Positions 55,369 to 64,000 of a stretch of 64,000 bases of DNA are shown here, one piece after another. The translations under genes and the position numbers were made by a program. The stretch's first letter is position 1. The number at the start of each line of letters is the position of its first letter. This DNA is from an uncultured Gaiellaceae bacterium (GTDB lineage Bacteria; Actinomycetota; Thermoleophilia; Gaiellales; Gaiellaceae). The DNA is taken from contig CAWAOK010000002.1 of NCBI GenBank assembly GCA_963783705.1, positions 29,149 to 93,148 of the forward strand, written 5' to 3'. The notes beneath the pieces are model-generated. The model ran no database searches, was not told the origin of the DNA, and saw only the letters and a program-made list of their open reading frames with translations.

Positions 55369-57080
55369 TCGGTGTCGGACACCGTGTCAGACACCGCGAG
55401 TGGGACGAGCTCGAAGCGGTCGACGTCGACGAGTCCGCGATCGGTGATCTTGAGGTGCGGGATCACGGAGAGCGCGAGGAAGGCGAGCGTGAGGAAAGGT
55501 GTGGCGCCCGTCCAGCCGAGCTCGTGCGCGGCCTCGTTGCAGGCGCGGCTCTGCGCGATCACGTCCGCGAGCGGAGCATCGGAGAGCAGCCCGGCCACTG
55601 GCAGCGGGCACTCGGCTAGCACGTGCAGTTCGTCCACGGCGACGATCCCACCCCCGATCTCCGCGAGCCGCTCGACTGCGAAGGCCATGTCCCGGTCGGA
55701 CATGCCGACGACCACCAGGTTGTGCGCATCGTGCGCAACGCTCGAGGCAAGCGCACCGCGCCGCAGCCCCGATCCCGAGACGAAGCCGAGCCCGACGCGG
55801 CCGGTCGCGAGGTGGCGCTCGACGACGGCGATCTTCGCGAGGTCGTGCTCCGGGCTCGCGACAGCCTGGCCGCTTTCGACGACAGGCGCGCGCTCGAGCG
55901 ACTCCGTGACGACCTGATTCTCGATCAGCCCGATCGCATGTGCGTTGCCCCCGCTCCACGGAATCGCGAAGTCCGACGGTGAGACGGGCGCGACGCGAAC
56001 GGACTGGCGTACCCAGTCGGGAATTTCGACCCGCGGCATCTCCTCGATCGGGCGGCCGCGCTTCAACACCGTCGTCGGCTGAAAGCTCACGAGATCGGGC
56101 AGCACGAGCAGGTCGGCGACGTACCCGGGCGCGATCGCGCCGTGCTGCGAGAGGCCGTGCCACAGGGCGGGATGATGCGATGCCATGAGCACGGCATCCT
56201 CGGGCGCGATGCCCGCGGCGACCGACTCGCGAACCATCCCGTTGACGTGCCCGGAGTCCGCGATGTCTTCGGGGTCGCGATCGTCGGTGCAGAACGCGAT
56301 GCGCCAAGGGCCGTACTCCTCGACGAGCGGCAGCAGCGCGCGCAGGTTGCGTGCCATCGACGCCTCGCGGACGAGCAGCCACATCCCGGCCCGCAGACGC
56401 TCGCGCCCCTCCTCCACCGTGAGCGCCTCGTGGTCGGAGTAGATGCCCGCGGCTGCGTAGGCCTGCAACTCACGCCCGAGCAGCCCTGGCGCATGACCGT
56501 CGACGTGCCGAGCACCTTCGAGAGAAAGCTTCTCGAGCTCGCCGGGAGCGCCGGCGACGACGCCGGGAAAGTTCATCATCTCCGCGAGTCCGAGCACCCG
56601 CCGCCGGCGCATCAGCGACTCGAGATCGCCCGCCGTCAGGGCGCGCCGCGGCGACTCGAACGGCGACGCGGGAACACACGACGGCGCCATGAAGTAGACG
56701 TCCAGCTGAAGCTCCGACGAGGCGTCGAGCAGCCAGTGCACGCCGTCGGCGCCGAGGACGTTCGCGATCTCGTGCGGGTCGGCCACGACCGCGGTCGTCC
56801 CCAGCGGGAGCACGAGCCGCGCGAACTCGTCCACCATGAGCTTGACCGACTCGAGGTGCATGTGTGCGTCGATGAAGCCGGGAACGACGAACGCGCCGGA
56901 GGCGTCGAGCGTCTCGCGCCCTTCGTAGGCGCCGACGCCGGCGATCACGCCGTCGACGACCGCGATGTCGGCATCCAGCCACTCGCGCGTGAAGACCGAC
57001 AGCACGCGCCCGCCGCGCACCACGAGGTCGGCGGGCTCGTCGCCGCGAGCGACCGCAATACGGCGTTGGGGCCTTTCCAT
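55365..57080 (-). CDS. ade: Adenine deaminase
   Basis: VVPGFIDAHMHLESV, TTAVVADPHEIANV, 571 aa, Ade-family length and motifs. Confidence 0.9.
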   Translation of the reverse strand: MERPQRRIAVARGDEPADLVVRGGRVLSVFTREWLDADIAVVDGVIAGVGAYEGRETLDASGAFVVPGFIDAHMHLESVKLMVDEFARLVLPLGTTAVVADPHEIANVLGADGVHWLLDASSELQLDVYFMAPSCVPASPFESPRRALTAGDLESLMRRRRVLGLAEMMNFPGVVAGAPGELEKLSLEGARHVDGHAPGLLGRELQAYAAAGIYSDHEALTVEEGRERLRAGMWLLVREASMARNLRALLPLVEEYGPWRIAFCTDDRDPEDIADSGHVNGMVRESVAAGIAPEDAVLMASHHPALWHGLSQHGAIAPGYVADLLVLPDLVSFQPTTVLKRGRPIEEMPRVEIPDWVRQSVRVAPVSPSDFAIPWSGGNAHAIGLIENQVVTESLERAPVVESGQAVASPEHDLAKIAVVERHLATGRVGLGFVSGSGLRRGALASSVAHDAHNLVVVGMSDRDMAFAVERLAEIGGGIVAVDELHVLAECPLPVAGLLSDAPLADVIAQSRACNEAAHELGWTGATPFLTLAFLALSVIPHLKITDRGLVDVDRFELVPLAVSDTVSDTE

Positions 57081-57154
57081 CGACGGCAGCGTAAATGCGC
57101 TCCGGCCTGTCGTATAGTCGGCCAGTCGAGTCGGCAGGCGGACAGGAGGAGCAG

Positions 57155-58274
57155 ATGAGGAGGAAGTTCGTAGTTGGGGGGCTCGTGCTGGCGCTCACCG
57201 TGAGCGCGCTCGCGCTCGCCGGCGGCAGTGCGGCCAGGTCCGAGCAGGAGCCCTACAAGGTTGCGTTCATCTATCCGGGCCCCCACAACGACGGCGGCTG
57301 GTCGCAGTCGCACGACCGGGGGCGCCTCGCCATCGAGAAGGCGCTCGGCAACAAGGTCGAGACGACCTACAAGGAGAGCATCTTCTCGAACGCGCAGGTT
57401 CCGCAGGTCGTCGCCGGGCTCGTGCGCGAGGGCTACGACATGATCTTCGGCTGCTCGTTCGGCATGTTCGAAAACGGCGTGAACGGTCAGCTCTACAGCA
57501 AGTACCCCGACGTGAAGTTCGAGCAGGCGACCGGTCTGCAGGTCAAGAAGAACCAGTCGGAGTACTTCGGCGCCGGCGAGGACACGATCTACCTCTCGGG
57601 CATGGCCGCAGGTGCGGCGACCAAGAACGGACAGATCGGCTACATCGTCCCGTACGGGATTCCCGAGGTCGTTCGCCACATCAACGCGTTCGCGCTCGGC
57701 GCGCAGGTGATGAACCCGAAGGCCAAGGTGCGGCTGCTCTGGACGAACTCGTGGTTCTCGCCTCCGAAGGAGACGGCCGCAGCGAGGAACCTGATTGCCG
57801 CGGGCGTCGACGTGCTCGGTCAGAACGTGGACAGCCCCGCAGCCGGCGTCGTCGCGGAGTCGAAGAAGGTTCCGTGGGTCGGCTACGACTCGGACGCCCG
57901 CAAGTCCGCCCCGACCCAGTGGCTGACGGCTGCGACGTACAACTGGGGTCCGTACTACGTGAAGCGCGTCAGGGCCGCGATCAACGGCACCTGGAAGTCG
58001 GGCTTCTACTACGGCACGATCAAGGACGGCTTCACGGGTCTCGCTCCGTACGGCCCGAAGGTCACGGCGAAGACCAAGGCCGCGATCGCCGCGAAGCGGA
58101 AGGCCATCGTCTCGGGCAAGTTCAACGTCTTCACAGGGACCCCTGTACGACCAGAAGGGCAAGCTGATGGTGAAGAAGGGGCAGACCCTGAAGGTGCTCC
58201 CCGATCTGTACTCGATGCTGTGGCTTTCGCGCGGTGTGATCGGGAAGGTCTCGTCGGTCGCGCCCCCGGGCTAG
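57155..58274 (+). pseudogene. BMP-family (PnrA-like) ABC transporter substrate-binding lipoprotein with an apparent 1-nt insertion near 58139
   Basis: MRRKFVVGGLVLALTVSALALAGG...VAFIYPGPHNDGGWSQSHD...SGKFNVFTG in the track frame. The expected ending PLYDQKGKLMVKKGQTLKVLPDLYSMLWLSRGVIGKVSSVAPPG plus TAG (58272-58274) is in another frame, while the track frame continues as Arg/Pro-rich nonsense. The shift is at GGGACCCCTG (58136-58145). AGGAGGAG RBS. Confidence 0.8.
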
Positions 58275-58278
58275 GTCT

Positions 58279-59847
58279 GTGGGGCAGGCAGCAGAGGGAG
58301 GCGCCGGTTCGGCCGGCGCCTCCCCTCCCCCCGCCGTTCGCATGGTGGGGATCACGAAGCAGTTCCCCGGTGTCGTGGCGAACGACGGTGTGTCCTTCGA
58401 GGCGGCGGCCGGCGAGGTGCACGCGCTTCTCGGCGAGAACGGCGCCGGCAAGACGACGCTGTCGAACATCCTCACCGGCCTCTACCGCCCGGACGCCGGC
58501 GAGATCGAGCTCTATGGAGAGACGGTTCGATTTCACTCGCCGCGGGATGCGATCGAGGCCGGGATCGGCATGGTGCATCAGCATTTCCGACTGGTCGAGC
58601 CCTTCTCCGTCGCGGAGAACGTCATCCTCGGCGACCACCGCGGCGAGGGCGGCCGTGCCATCCTGCGGCCGGCCACGACCGAACGGCGTGTGGAGGAGCT
58701 GAGCCGGCGCTACGGGCTCGCCGTGAATCCGAAGGCGAAGATCTGGCAGCTCTCCATCGGCGAGCAGCAGCGCGTCGAGATCCTGAAGGCGCTCTACCGC
58801 GAGGCCAGGGTCCTGATCATGGACGAGCCCACCGCTGTACTCACGCCGCAGGAGGCCGAGGGGCTCTTCGCGACGCTGCGTGCGATGGCGGATGAGGGAA
58901 AGACCGTCATCTTCATCTCGCACAAGCTGCACGAGGTGAAGGCCGTCGCCGACCGGGTGACCGTGCTGCGCGGCGGGAAGACGGTCGCGACGGTCGACGC
59001 CGCACCCTCGACCGCTCGCTCGCTCGCGACGCTGATGGTCGGGCGCGAGATCGAGGTCGTCCGACCCCTCGAGCACGCGAGACAGCTGGCGGACGTCACG
59101 GCGCTCGACGTGGAGGGGCTGACGGTCGCGGGCGATCGTGGCGAGACGGCCGTGCGCGACGTCTCGTTCTCGATCCGCGAAGGCGAGATCGTCGGCGTCG
59201 CGGGCGTTGCGGGCAACGGCCAGCGCGAGCTCGCCGAGGCGCTGTCCGGGATGCGGGAGATCGAAGCGGGGAGCGTCCACATCGCCGGGCGGCTCCTGCA
59301 CGGCGGCGATCCGCGCGAGGCGATCCTCGCGGGCGTCGCGCACGTCCCCGAGGACCGTCTCGGCACCGGCCTCGCACCGAGCCTGAGCGTCACGAGCAAC
59401 GTCGTCATGAAGACGTACCGGCGCCGCTCGCTCTCGCACGGGCCGCTCCTCGCCCTTCGGCGAATGCGGGACGTCGCGGTTCGGGTCGTCCGGCGCTACG
59501 ACGTGAAGACCCCTGGCACGGAGACACCGGTGCGCAACCTCTCCGGCGGCAACCTCCAGAAGCTCATCCTCGGGCGGGAGTTCGAGGACGACCCGCTCGT
59601 GCTCGTCGTCGCGCAGCCGACGCGCGGGCTCGACGTCGGCGCGATCGAGACGGTGCACTCGTACCTGCGCGACGCGGCCGCGAGAGGTGTCGGCGTCCTC
59701 GTGATGAGCGAGGACCTCGACGAGATCCGCGCGCTCTCCGACCGCATCCTCGTCGTCTACGAAGGCGAGATCGCGGGCGAGCTCCACGCAGGGGCGGCGT
59801 CCATCGAGGAGATCGGGCTGCTCATGGCGGGTGGGGCGCGAGAGTGA
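58279..59847 (+). CDS. ABC transporter ATP-binding protein (duplicated ATPase, nucleoside/sugar type)
   Basis: Two ABC halves: GENGAGKTT ... LSIGEQQRVEI ... LIMDEPTA, and GVAGNGQREL ... LSGGNLQKLIL. The start may instead be ATG at 58342 (MVGITKQFPG), downstream of the hairpin. Confidence 0.9.
   Translation: MGQAAEGGAGSAGASPPPAVRMVGITKQFPGVVANDGVSFEAAAGEVHALLGENGAGKTTLSNILTGLYRPDAGEIELYGETVRFHSPRDAIEAGIGMVHQHFRLVEPFSVAENVILGDHRGEGGRAILRPATTERRVEELSRRYGLAVNPKAKIWQLSIGEQQRVEILKALYREARVLIMDEPTAVLTPQEAEGLFATLRAMADEGKTVIFISHKLHEVKAVADRVTVLRGGKTVATVDAAPSTARSLATLMVGREIEVVRPLEHARQLADVTALDVEGLTVAGDRGETAVRDVSFSIREGEIVGVAGVAGNGQRELAEALSGMREIEAGSVHIAGRLLHGGDPREAILAGVAHVPEDRLGTGLAPSLSVTSNVVMKTYRRRSLSHGPLLALRRMRDVAVRVVRRYDVKTPGTETPVRNLSGGNLQKLILGREFEDDPLVLVVAQPTRGLDVGAIETVHSYLRDAAARGVGVLVMSEDLDEIRALSDRILVVYEGEIAGELHAGAASIEEIGLLMAGGARE
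58297..58323 (+). other. Intercistronic GC hairpin between the binding-protein gene and the ATPase gene
   Basis: GGAGGCGCCGG-TTCGG-CCGGCGCCTCC, an 11-bp stem lying 23 nt after the binding-protein stop. Confidence 0.5.
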
Positions 59848-60971
59848 AGCTCGAGCGCCGACTCACGCAGCCGTGGTGGCTCTCTCTCGCGGTGCCGATC
59901 GGGTCGCTCGTCGTCGCGTTCGCGATCATCGGAGTCGTCCTCGCGCTCACGGGGCACGACACCTGGGAGACGTACCGGAAGATCGTCGAGGCCGGGTTCA
60001 CGGGCACCGGCGCGATGTCGGCGACGCTGATCTCGGCGACTCCGATCCTGTTCACGGGCTTGGCCGCCGCTGCCGCCTTCCGGATGCAGCTCTTCAACAT
60101 CGGTGCGGAGGGCCAGCTCTACCTCGGCGCGGTCGGCGCGTCGTGGATCGCGCTCCAGCTCGGCGACCGAGACACGGCGTCGACGCCGCTCTTCGTCGTC
60201 GCCATGTGCGTGGCGGCCGCCGCTCTCGGTGCGCTGTGGGCGTTGATCCCGGGCGTCCTTCGTGCCTTTGCCCGGACGAACGAGATCATCACGTCGCTGA
60301 TGCTCAACTACGTCGCGGGGCTGCTCCTCACGTATCTGATCTTCGACAGCTCGTCGTACTGGCGCGACACGTCGACGCTCCAGGCGCGCGCATTCCCGCA
60401 GGGCAAGCCCATGCCCGAGGCGTCGAACTGGCCGACCTTCGGCTCGTCCGTGGTCGTCCCGCTCGGGTTCCTGCTCGGGATCCTGGCCGCGCTCGCGCTG
60501 TGGGTGCTCTACTCGCGCATGCGGTTCGGGTTCGAGGTCGGCGTCATCGCCGACTCGCCGCGTGCCGCGCGGTACGCCGGCATGCGGACACGCCGGAAGA
60601 TCCTCGCGGTCATGGCCATCTCCGGCGCGATCGCGGGGATCGGCGGGGCGAGTCAGATCGGGGACTTCACGCACACGCTCGACGGGAGCCCCACCGGTCT
60701 CCAGGCAGCGGCGTTCGGCTACACGGGCATCGTCGTGGCAGCGCTTGCTCGCTACAACCCGTTCGCCGTCTGCCTCGTCGCGGTACTCATCGGCGGGCTG
60801 CTGAATGCCGGCTACACGTTGCAGGGACCGGACTTCCCGTCCGGGCTCGTCGGCGTGATGCAGGGGATCATCCTCTTCTGCGCGCTGGGCGGCGAGTTGC
60901 TCCTGCGCTACCGGCTGCGGATCACGCGGATCGGCGCGGGGAGACCGGCGGCGGAAGGGGCTGCGTCGTGA
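59844..60971 (+). CDS. ABC transporter permease
   Basis: 375-aa polytopic permease. The GTG overlaps the ATPase stop (GTGA). Confidence 0.9.
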   Translation: MKLERRLTQPWWLSLAVPIGSLVVAFAIIGVVLALTGHDTWETYRKIVEAGFTGTGAMSATLISATPILFTGLAAAAAFRMQLFNIGAEGQLYLGAVGASWIALQLGDRDTASTPLFVVAMCVAAAALGALWALIPGVLRAFARTNEIITSLMLNYVAGLLLTYLIFDSSSYWRDTSTLQARAFPQGKPMPEASNWPTFGSSVVVPLGFLLGILAALALWVLYSRMRFGFEVGVIADSPRAARYAGMRTRRKILAVMAISGAIAGIGGASQIGDFTHTLDGSPTGLQAAAFGYTGIVVAALARYNPFAVCLVAVLIGGLLNAGYTLQGPDFPSGLVGVMQGIILFCALGGELLLRYRLRITRIGAGRPAAEGAAS

Positions 60972-60996
60972 GCACCACTCGCCTACGGCTCGTCGT

Positions 60997-61109
60997 CGCG
61001 GGGGAAACCCTGTTTCCCCCGCGTGCCCCCTTCTCTTCGAGAACGTGGGGAACCTCCCGGTTCCCCACACCCCTCCACGCTCATAGGGCAACCCAGGCTG
61101 CCCTATGAG
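60997..61109. repeat. Cluster of three hairpins between the two permease genes (the first belongs to family P2)
   Basis: CGCGGGGGAAAC-CCT-GTTTCCCCCGCG followed by CCCCCTTC (60997-61033). GTGGGGAACC-TCCC-GGTTCCCCAC (61045-61068). CTCATAGGGCA-ACCCAGGC-TGCCCTATGAG (61080-61109), whose right arm contains the ATG at 61105. Confidence 0.65.
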
Positions 61110-62076
61110 CGTCAACGACAGCCTCATCGTGATCGTGCTCGCGCAGGCGATCCTCTACGGCACGCCGCTCCTGTATGCGGCGCTCGGGGAGCTCCTGGCG
61201 GAGCGCTCGGGAGTTCTCAACCTCGGCGTCCAGGGGATGATGCTCTTCGGCGCAGCGGTCGGGTTCTGGACGACGCAGCGGTTCGACGGCTCGGGTGCGT
61301 CGGCGTTGTTCCTAGCCGTCGTCACCTCGGCACTCGCGGGGGCGGCGCTGGCCGCGATCCACGCGTTCCTCGTCATCACGCTGCGCGCGAACCAGATCGT
61401 CTCGGGGCTCGCGCTCACGATCTTCGCTGGCGGGCTCGGCCTGTCCGCGTACCTCGGAACGGAGCTCGGACTCGCCGACCTTCCGGCGATCCACCAGTTC
61501 GGCGACCTCGACGTGCTCGGGCTCGGAGACCTTCCCGTGGTCGGTCCCATCCTCTTCGACCAGTCGGCGCTCGTGTACGCGTCGTGGATCCTCACGCTCC
61601 TCGTCGCGCTCTACCTCGGCCGGACCCGCTGGGGCCTCAACGTCCGCGCCGTCGGTGAGGCGCCTGCGTCGGCCGACGCGATGGGCGTCAACGTGACGCT
61701 CTACCGCTACGTGCACGTGATGGTCGGGGGCGCCTTCTCAGGTGTCGCCGGAGCGTGCTACAGCCTGTCCATCACGCCCGGCTGGACGGCCGGCGACACG
61801 CTCGTCGGCGGCGCGGGTTGGATCGCGATCGCTCTCGTGATCTTCGCGTTCTGGCGCGCCGAGCTCTGTCTCGTCGGCGCGTATCTCTTCGGCACGCTGT
61901 CGGCACTTCCGTTCGCGCTCCAGGCGCGCGAGGTGGACGTGACGCCGGAGTTCCTCTACGCACTGCCGTACGTCATGACGATCGTCGTCCTGGTGCTCGT
62001 CTCGACCGGCCTCGCCAGACGCAGGCTCGGCGCGCCGGCGGCGCTCGGGGTTCCGTACGTGCGCGAAGAACGGTAG
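61105..62076 (+). CDS. ABC transporter permease
   Basis: 323-aa polytopic permease, second membrane component of the BMP-type transporter. Confidence 0.9.
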   Translation: MSVNDSLIVIVLAQAILYGTPLLYAALGELLAERSGVLNLGVQGMMLFGAAVGFWTTQRFDGSGASALFLAVVTSALAGAALAAIHAFLVITLRANQIVSGLALTIFAGGLGLSAYLGTELGLADLPAIHQFGDLDVLGLGDLPVVGPILFDQSALVYASWILTLLVALYLGRTRWGLNVRAVGEAPASADAMGVNVTLYRYVHVMVGGAFSGVAGACYSLSITPGWTAGDTLVGGAGWIAIALVIFAFWRAELCLVGAYLFGTLSALPFALQAREVDVTPEFLYALPYVMTIVVLVLVSTGLARRRLGAPAALGVPYVREER

Positions 62077-62085
62077 AACGGACGC

Positions 62086-62877
62086 GTGGACGTTCTCACT
62101 CCTCGCTCGCTCGGCGAAGCCCTCGCGCTGAAGGCCGCGCACCCGGACGCGCTCCCGATCCAGGGCGGCACGGATGTCATGGTGGCGCTGAACTTCGATC
62201 GCGCGCGACCCGAGGTCGTCCTCAACCTCAACGAGCTCTCCGAGCTGCGCGGCTGGTCGCGCGAGAACGGGACGCTCAGGCTCGGCGCCGGCCTCACGTA
62301 CGCGGAGGCGATGAGCGGCGAGCTCGCCGAAGCGCTGCCCGCGCTGGCCGAGGCGTCGCGCACGGTCGGCTCGCCGCAGATCCGAAACCGCGGGACGATC
62401 GGCGGCAACCTCGGTACGGCCTCTCCAGCCGGCGATGCCCTTCCGCCGCTCCTCGTCGAGAACGCCGAGGTCGAGCTTGCGAGCGTGCGCGGCGAGCGGC
62501 GCCTCCCTCTCGACGAGTTCCTCGTAGGCGTGAAGCAGAACGCCCTCGAGCCCGACGAGCTCATCGTCTCGGTTCTCGTCGAGCCGAGCGGCCAGCCGCA
62601 GACGTTCATGAAGGTCGGGCCGCGCAACGCAATGGTGATCGCGGTGTGCTCGCTCGCCGTCGTGGCCGATCGGCGGCGCGGTGAGCTCAGGGCGTCGTTC
62701 GGGTCGTCGTCACCGGTCGTTCGGCTCGTCACGGCGCCGCTCGAGGACGCGGCCGGCTTCCCCGAGCGCGTCGCCGAGGCCGCGAGCCCGATCGACGACG
62801 TGCGTGGAACGGCCGCCTACCGCCGGCACGCCCTGCGCGTGCTCACGCAGCGCGCGCTCGAGAGGTGCGTCGCGTGA
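62086..62877 (+). CDS. Xanthine dehydrogenase family, FAD-binding subunit
   Basis: LPIQGGTDVMVALNF, IRNRGTIGGNLGTASPAGD, 263 aa, CoxM/XdhB type. Confidence 0.85.
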   Translation: MDVLTPRSLGEALALKAAHPDALPIQGGTDVMVALNFDRARPEVVLNLNELSELRGWSRENGTLRLGAGLTYAEAMSGELAEALPALAEASRTVGSPQIRNRGTIGGNLGTASPAGDALPPLLVENAEVELASVRGERRLPLDEFLVGVKQNALEPDELIVSVLVEPSGQPQTFMKVGPRNAMVIAVCSLAVVADRRRGELRASFGSSSPVVRLVTAPLEDAAGFPERVAEAASPIDDVRGTAAYRRHALRVLTQRALERCVA

Positions 62878-63329
62878 GGATCGAGCTGACGGTCAACGGT
62901 GAGCGTCGCGAGGCCGAGGTCTGGGCGGGCGAGAGCCTGCTGACGACGCTTCGCGACCGGCTCGAGCTGCCCGGGTCGAAGAACGCGTGCGAGCAGGGCG
63001 AGTGCGGCTCCTGCTCCGTCCTCTACGACGGCGAGCTCGTGTGCGCCTGTCTCGTCCTCGGCGCACAGGCCGAAGGCCATGAGGTCGTGACGGTCGAGGG
63101 TCTCGGCGGCGACGCGGGCCTGCACCCGGTGCAGGAGGCCTTCGCCGACACCGGCGCGGTGCAGTGCGGCTTCTGCACGCCGGGCTTCGTCGTCGCGGCT
63201 GCCGATCTCCTGCGGCGCGTGCCGGATCCCACGGACGACGAGATCCGCGAGGCACTCTCCGGGAACCTCTGCCGCTGTACCGGGTATCAGAAGATTCTCG
63301 ACGCTGTTCAGCTGGCCGTGGGCCGATGA
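62865..63329 (+). CDS. Xanthine dehydrogenase family, [2Fe-2S] subunit
   Basis: CEQGECGSCSV and CGFCTPGF...CRCTGY motifs. Confidence 0.9.
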   Translation: MRRVRIELTVNGERREAEVWAGESLLTTLRDRLELPGSKNACEQGECGSCSVLYDGELVCACLVLGAQAEGHEVVTVEGLGGDAGLHPVQEAFADTGAVQCGFCTPGFVVAAADLLRRVPDPTDDEIREALSGNLCRCTGYQKILDAVQLAVGR

Positions 63330-64000
63330 GCACCACGACCCGGACACTTCGCCGCGGGCACGCAGCGACCAGCACACGCCGCGCGGACGCCGTGCCGAAG
63401 GTCACGGGCGAGTTCGAGTATTCGAGCGACCTGCAAGCGGCGGGGATGCTGTGGGGACACACGGTGCGGAGCCCGCACGCTCACGCTCGCGTCGTCGCCA
63501 TCGACACGACCGAGGCGCGCACGCTGCCCGGCGTCCACGCCGTGCTCACGCACGAGGACGTCCCCGGCGCGAAGACGTACGGCCTCGAGTTCGCGGATCA
63601 GCCCGTGCTCGCGATCGATCGCGTCCGCTACTTCGGCGAGGCCGTGGCGGTCGTCGCTGCGGAGGAGCCCGAGCAGGCGCGGCGAGCGGCTGCGGCCGTG
63701 CGCGTCGAGTACGAGCCGCTCGAGCCCGTGACCGATCCCGAGCTAGCGACCGAGATGGAGCCGCTCCATCCCGACCGGCCGACGATGGGCCACGGCTACC
63801 GCGACGACCCGCGTCCGAACGTCGTGCGCGCCATGCTCGTCACGCGTGGCGATCCCGACGCCGACGGGGATGTCATCGTCGATGGCGTCTACGACGTCGG
63901 CCAGCAGGATCAGGCGTTCCTCGGGCCCGAATCGGGGATCGCGCTCCCGGACGGCGAGGGTGGCGTCGACATCCACGTCGCCACGCAGTGGCTCCACGTC
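63326..64000 (+). CDS. Xanthine dehydrogenase family, molybdopterin-binding large subunit (5' part, runs off the right edge)
   Basis: Manual translation from ATG at 63326 (ATGA overlap with the previous gene): MSTTTRTLRRGHAATSTRRADAVPKVTGEFEYSSDLQAAGMLWGHTVRSPHAHARVVAIDT...QQDQAFLGPESGIA. The frame is open to the window end. Confidence 0.85.
   Translation, partial: MSTTTRTLRRGHAATSTRRADAVPKVTGEFEYSSDLQAAGMLWGHTVRSPHAHARVVAIDTTEARTLPGVHAVLTHEDVPGAKTYGLEFADQPVLAIDRVRYFGEAVAVVAAEEPEQARRAAAAVRVEYEPLEPVTDPELATEMEPLHPDRPTMGHGYRDDPRPNVVRAMLVTRGDPDADGDVIVDGVYDVGQQDQAFLGPESGIALPDGEGGVDIHVATQWLHV

Noticed and set aside
57081-57154. Purine riboswitch upstream of the BMP transporter or adenine deaminase genes
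   Set aside because: The 74-bp divergent spacer is too short and lacks the conserved purine-riboswitch junction sequences as I remember them.

Overview
GC-rich, actinobacterium-like chromosomal segment, mostly core metabolism. All product calls come from reading the ORF-track proteins and my own manual translations. No database search was run.

Gene content, left to right:
- nuoL-to-nuoA complex I operon on the minus strand, with one extra small ORF wedged between nuoK and nuoL
- Fe-S carrier, VOC-family protein and FprA-like reductase
- MarR/SRPBCC pair
- aminotransferase, fumarase/aspartase-family lyase, secreted S8 protease
- lipA, lipB and a 2-oxoacid dehydrogenase E1alpha/E1beta/E2 operon
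- groES-groEL behind a CIRCE operator
- tRNA-Arg(GCG)
- a stretch at about 31.8-39.4 kb where almost every gene shows reading-frame breaks: MFS-cNMP fusion, GAF protein, intracellular S8 peptidase, small ORF, FTCD-like cyclodeaminase and MqnD-like protein, around an intact ECF sigma factor
- thiolase
- sulfate ABC transporter plus Rrf2 regulator
- molybdate transporter plus HTH-TOBE regulator
- aldehyde dehydrogenase and an MFS transporter
- a large purine-catabolism cluster: allantoate amidohydrolase-like, DUF3830, PuuD, OHCU decarboxylase, HIU hydrolase, 8-oxoguanine/guanine deaminase-like, adenine deaminase, BMP-type ABC transporter, xanthine dehydrogenase

The non-genic signal is the most unusual part:
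- three families of structured intergenic repeats:
  - a GTAG-headed 28-bp hairpin with 8 copies, three of which supply the TAG stop codons of both genes in a convergent pair
  - a two-hairpin element of about 70 nt with a conserved CCCTGAAGG linker, in 4 copies
  - a G6A3C/GT3C6 hairpin family
- a roughly 400-bp foldback downstream of groEL
- a 170-bp MITE-like palindrome
- a two-block 15-bp tandem repeat that could encode a G-S-G-P-[LV] repeat peptide

No CRISPR array, rRNA, integrase or transposase gene was seen.
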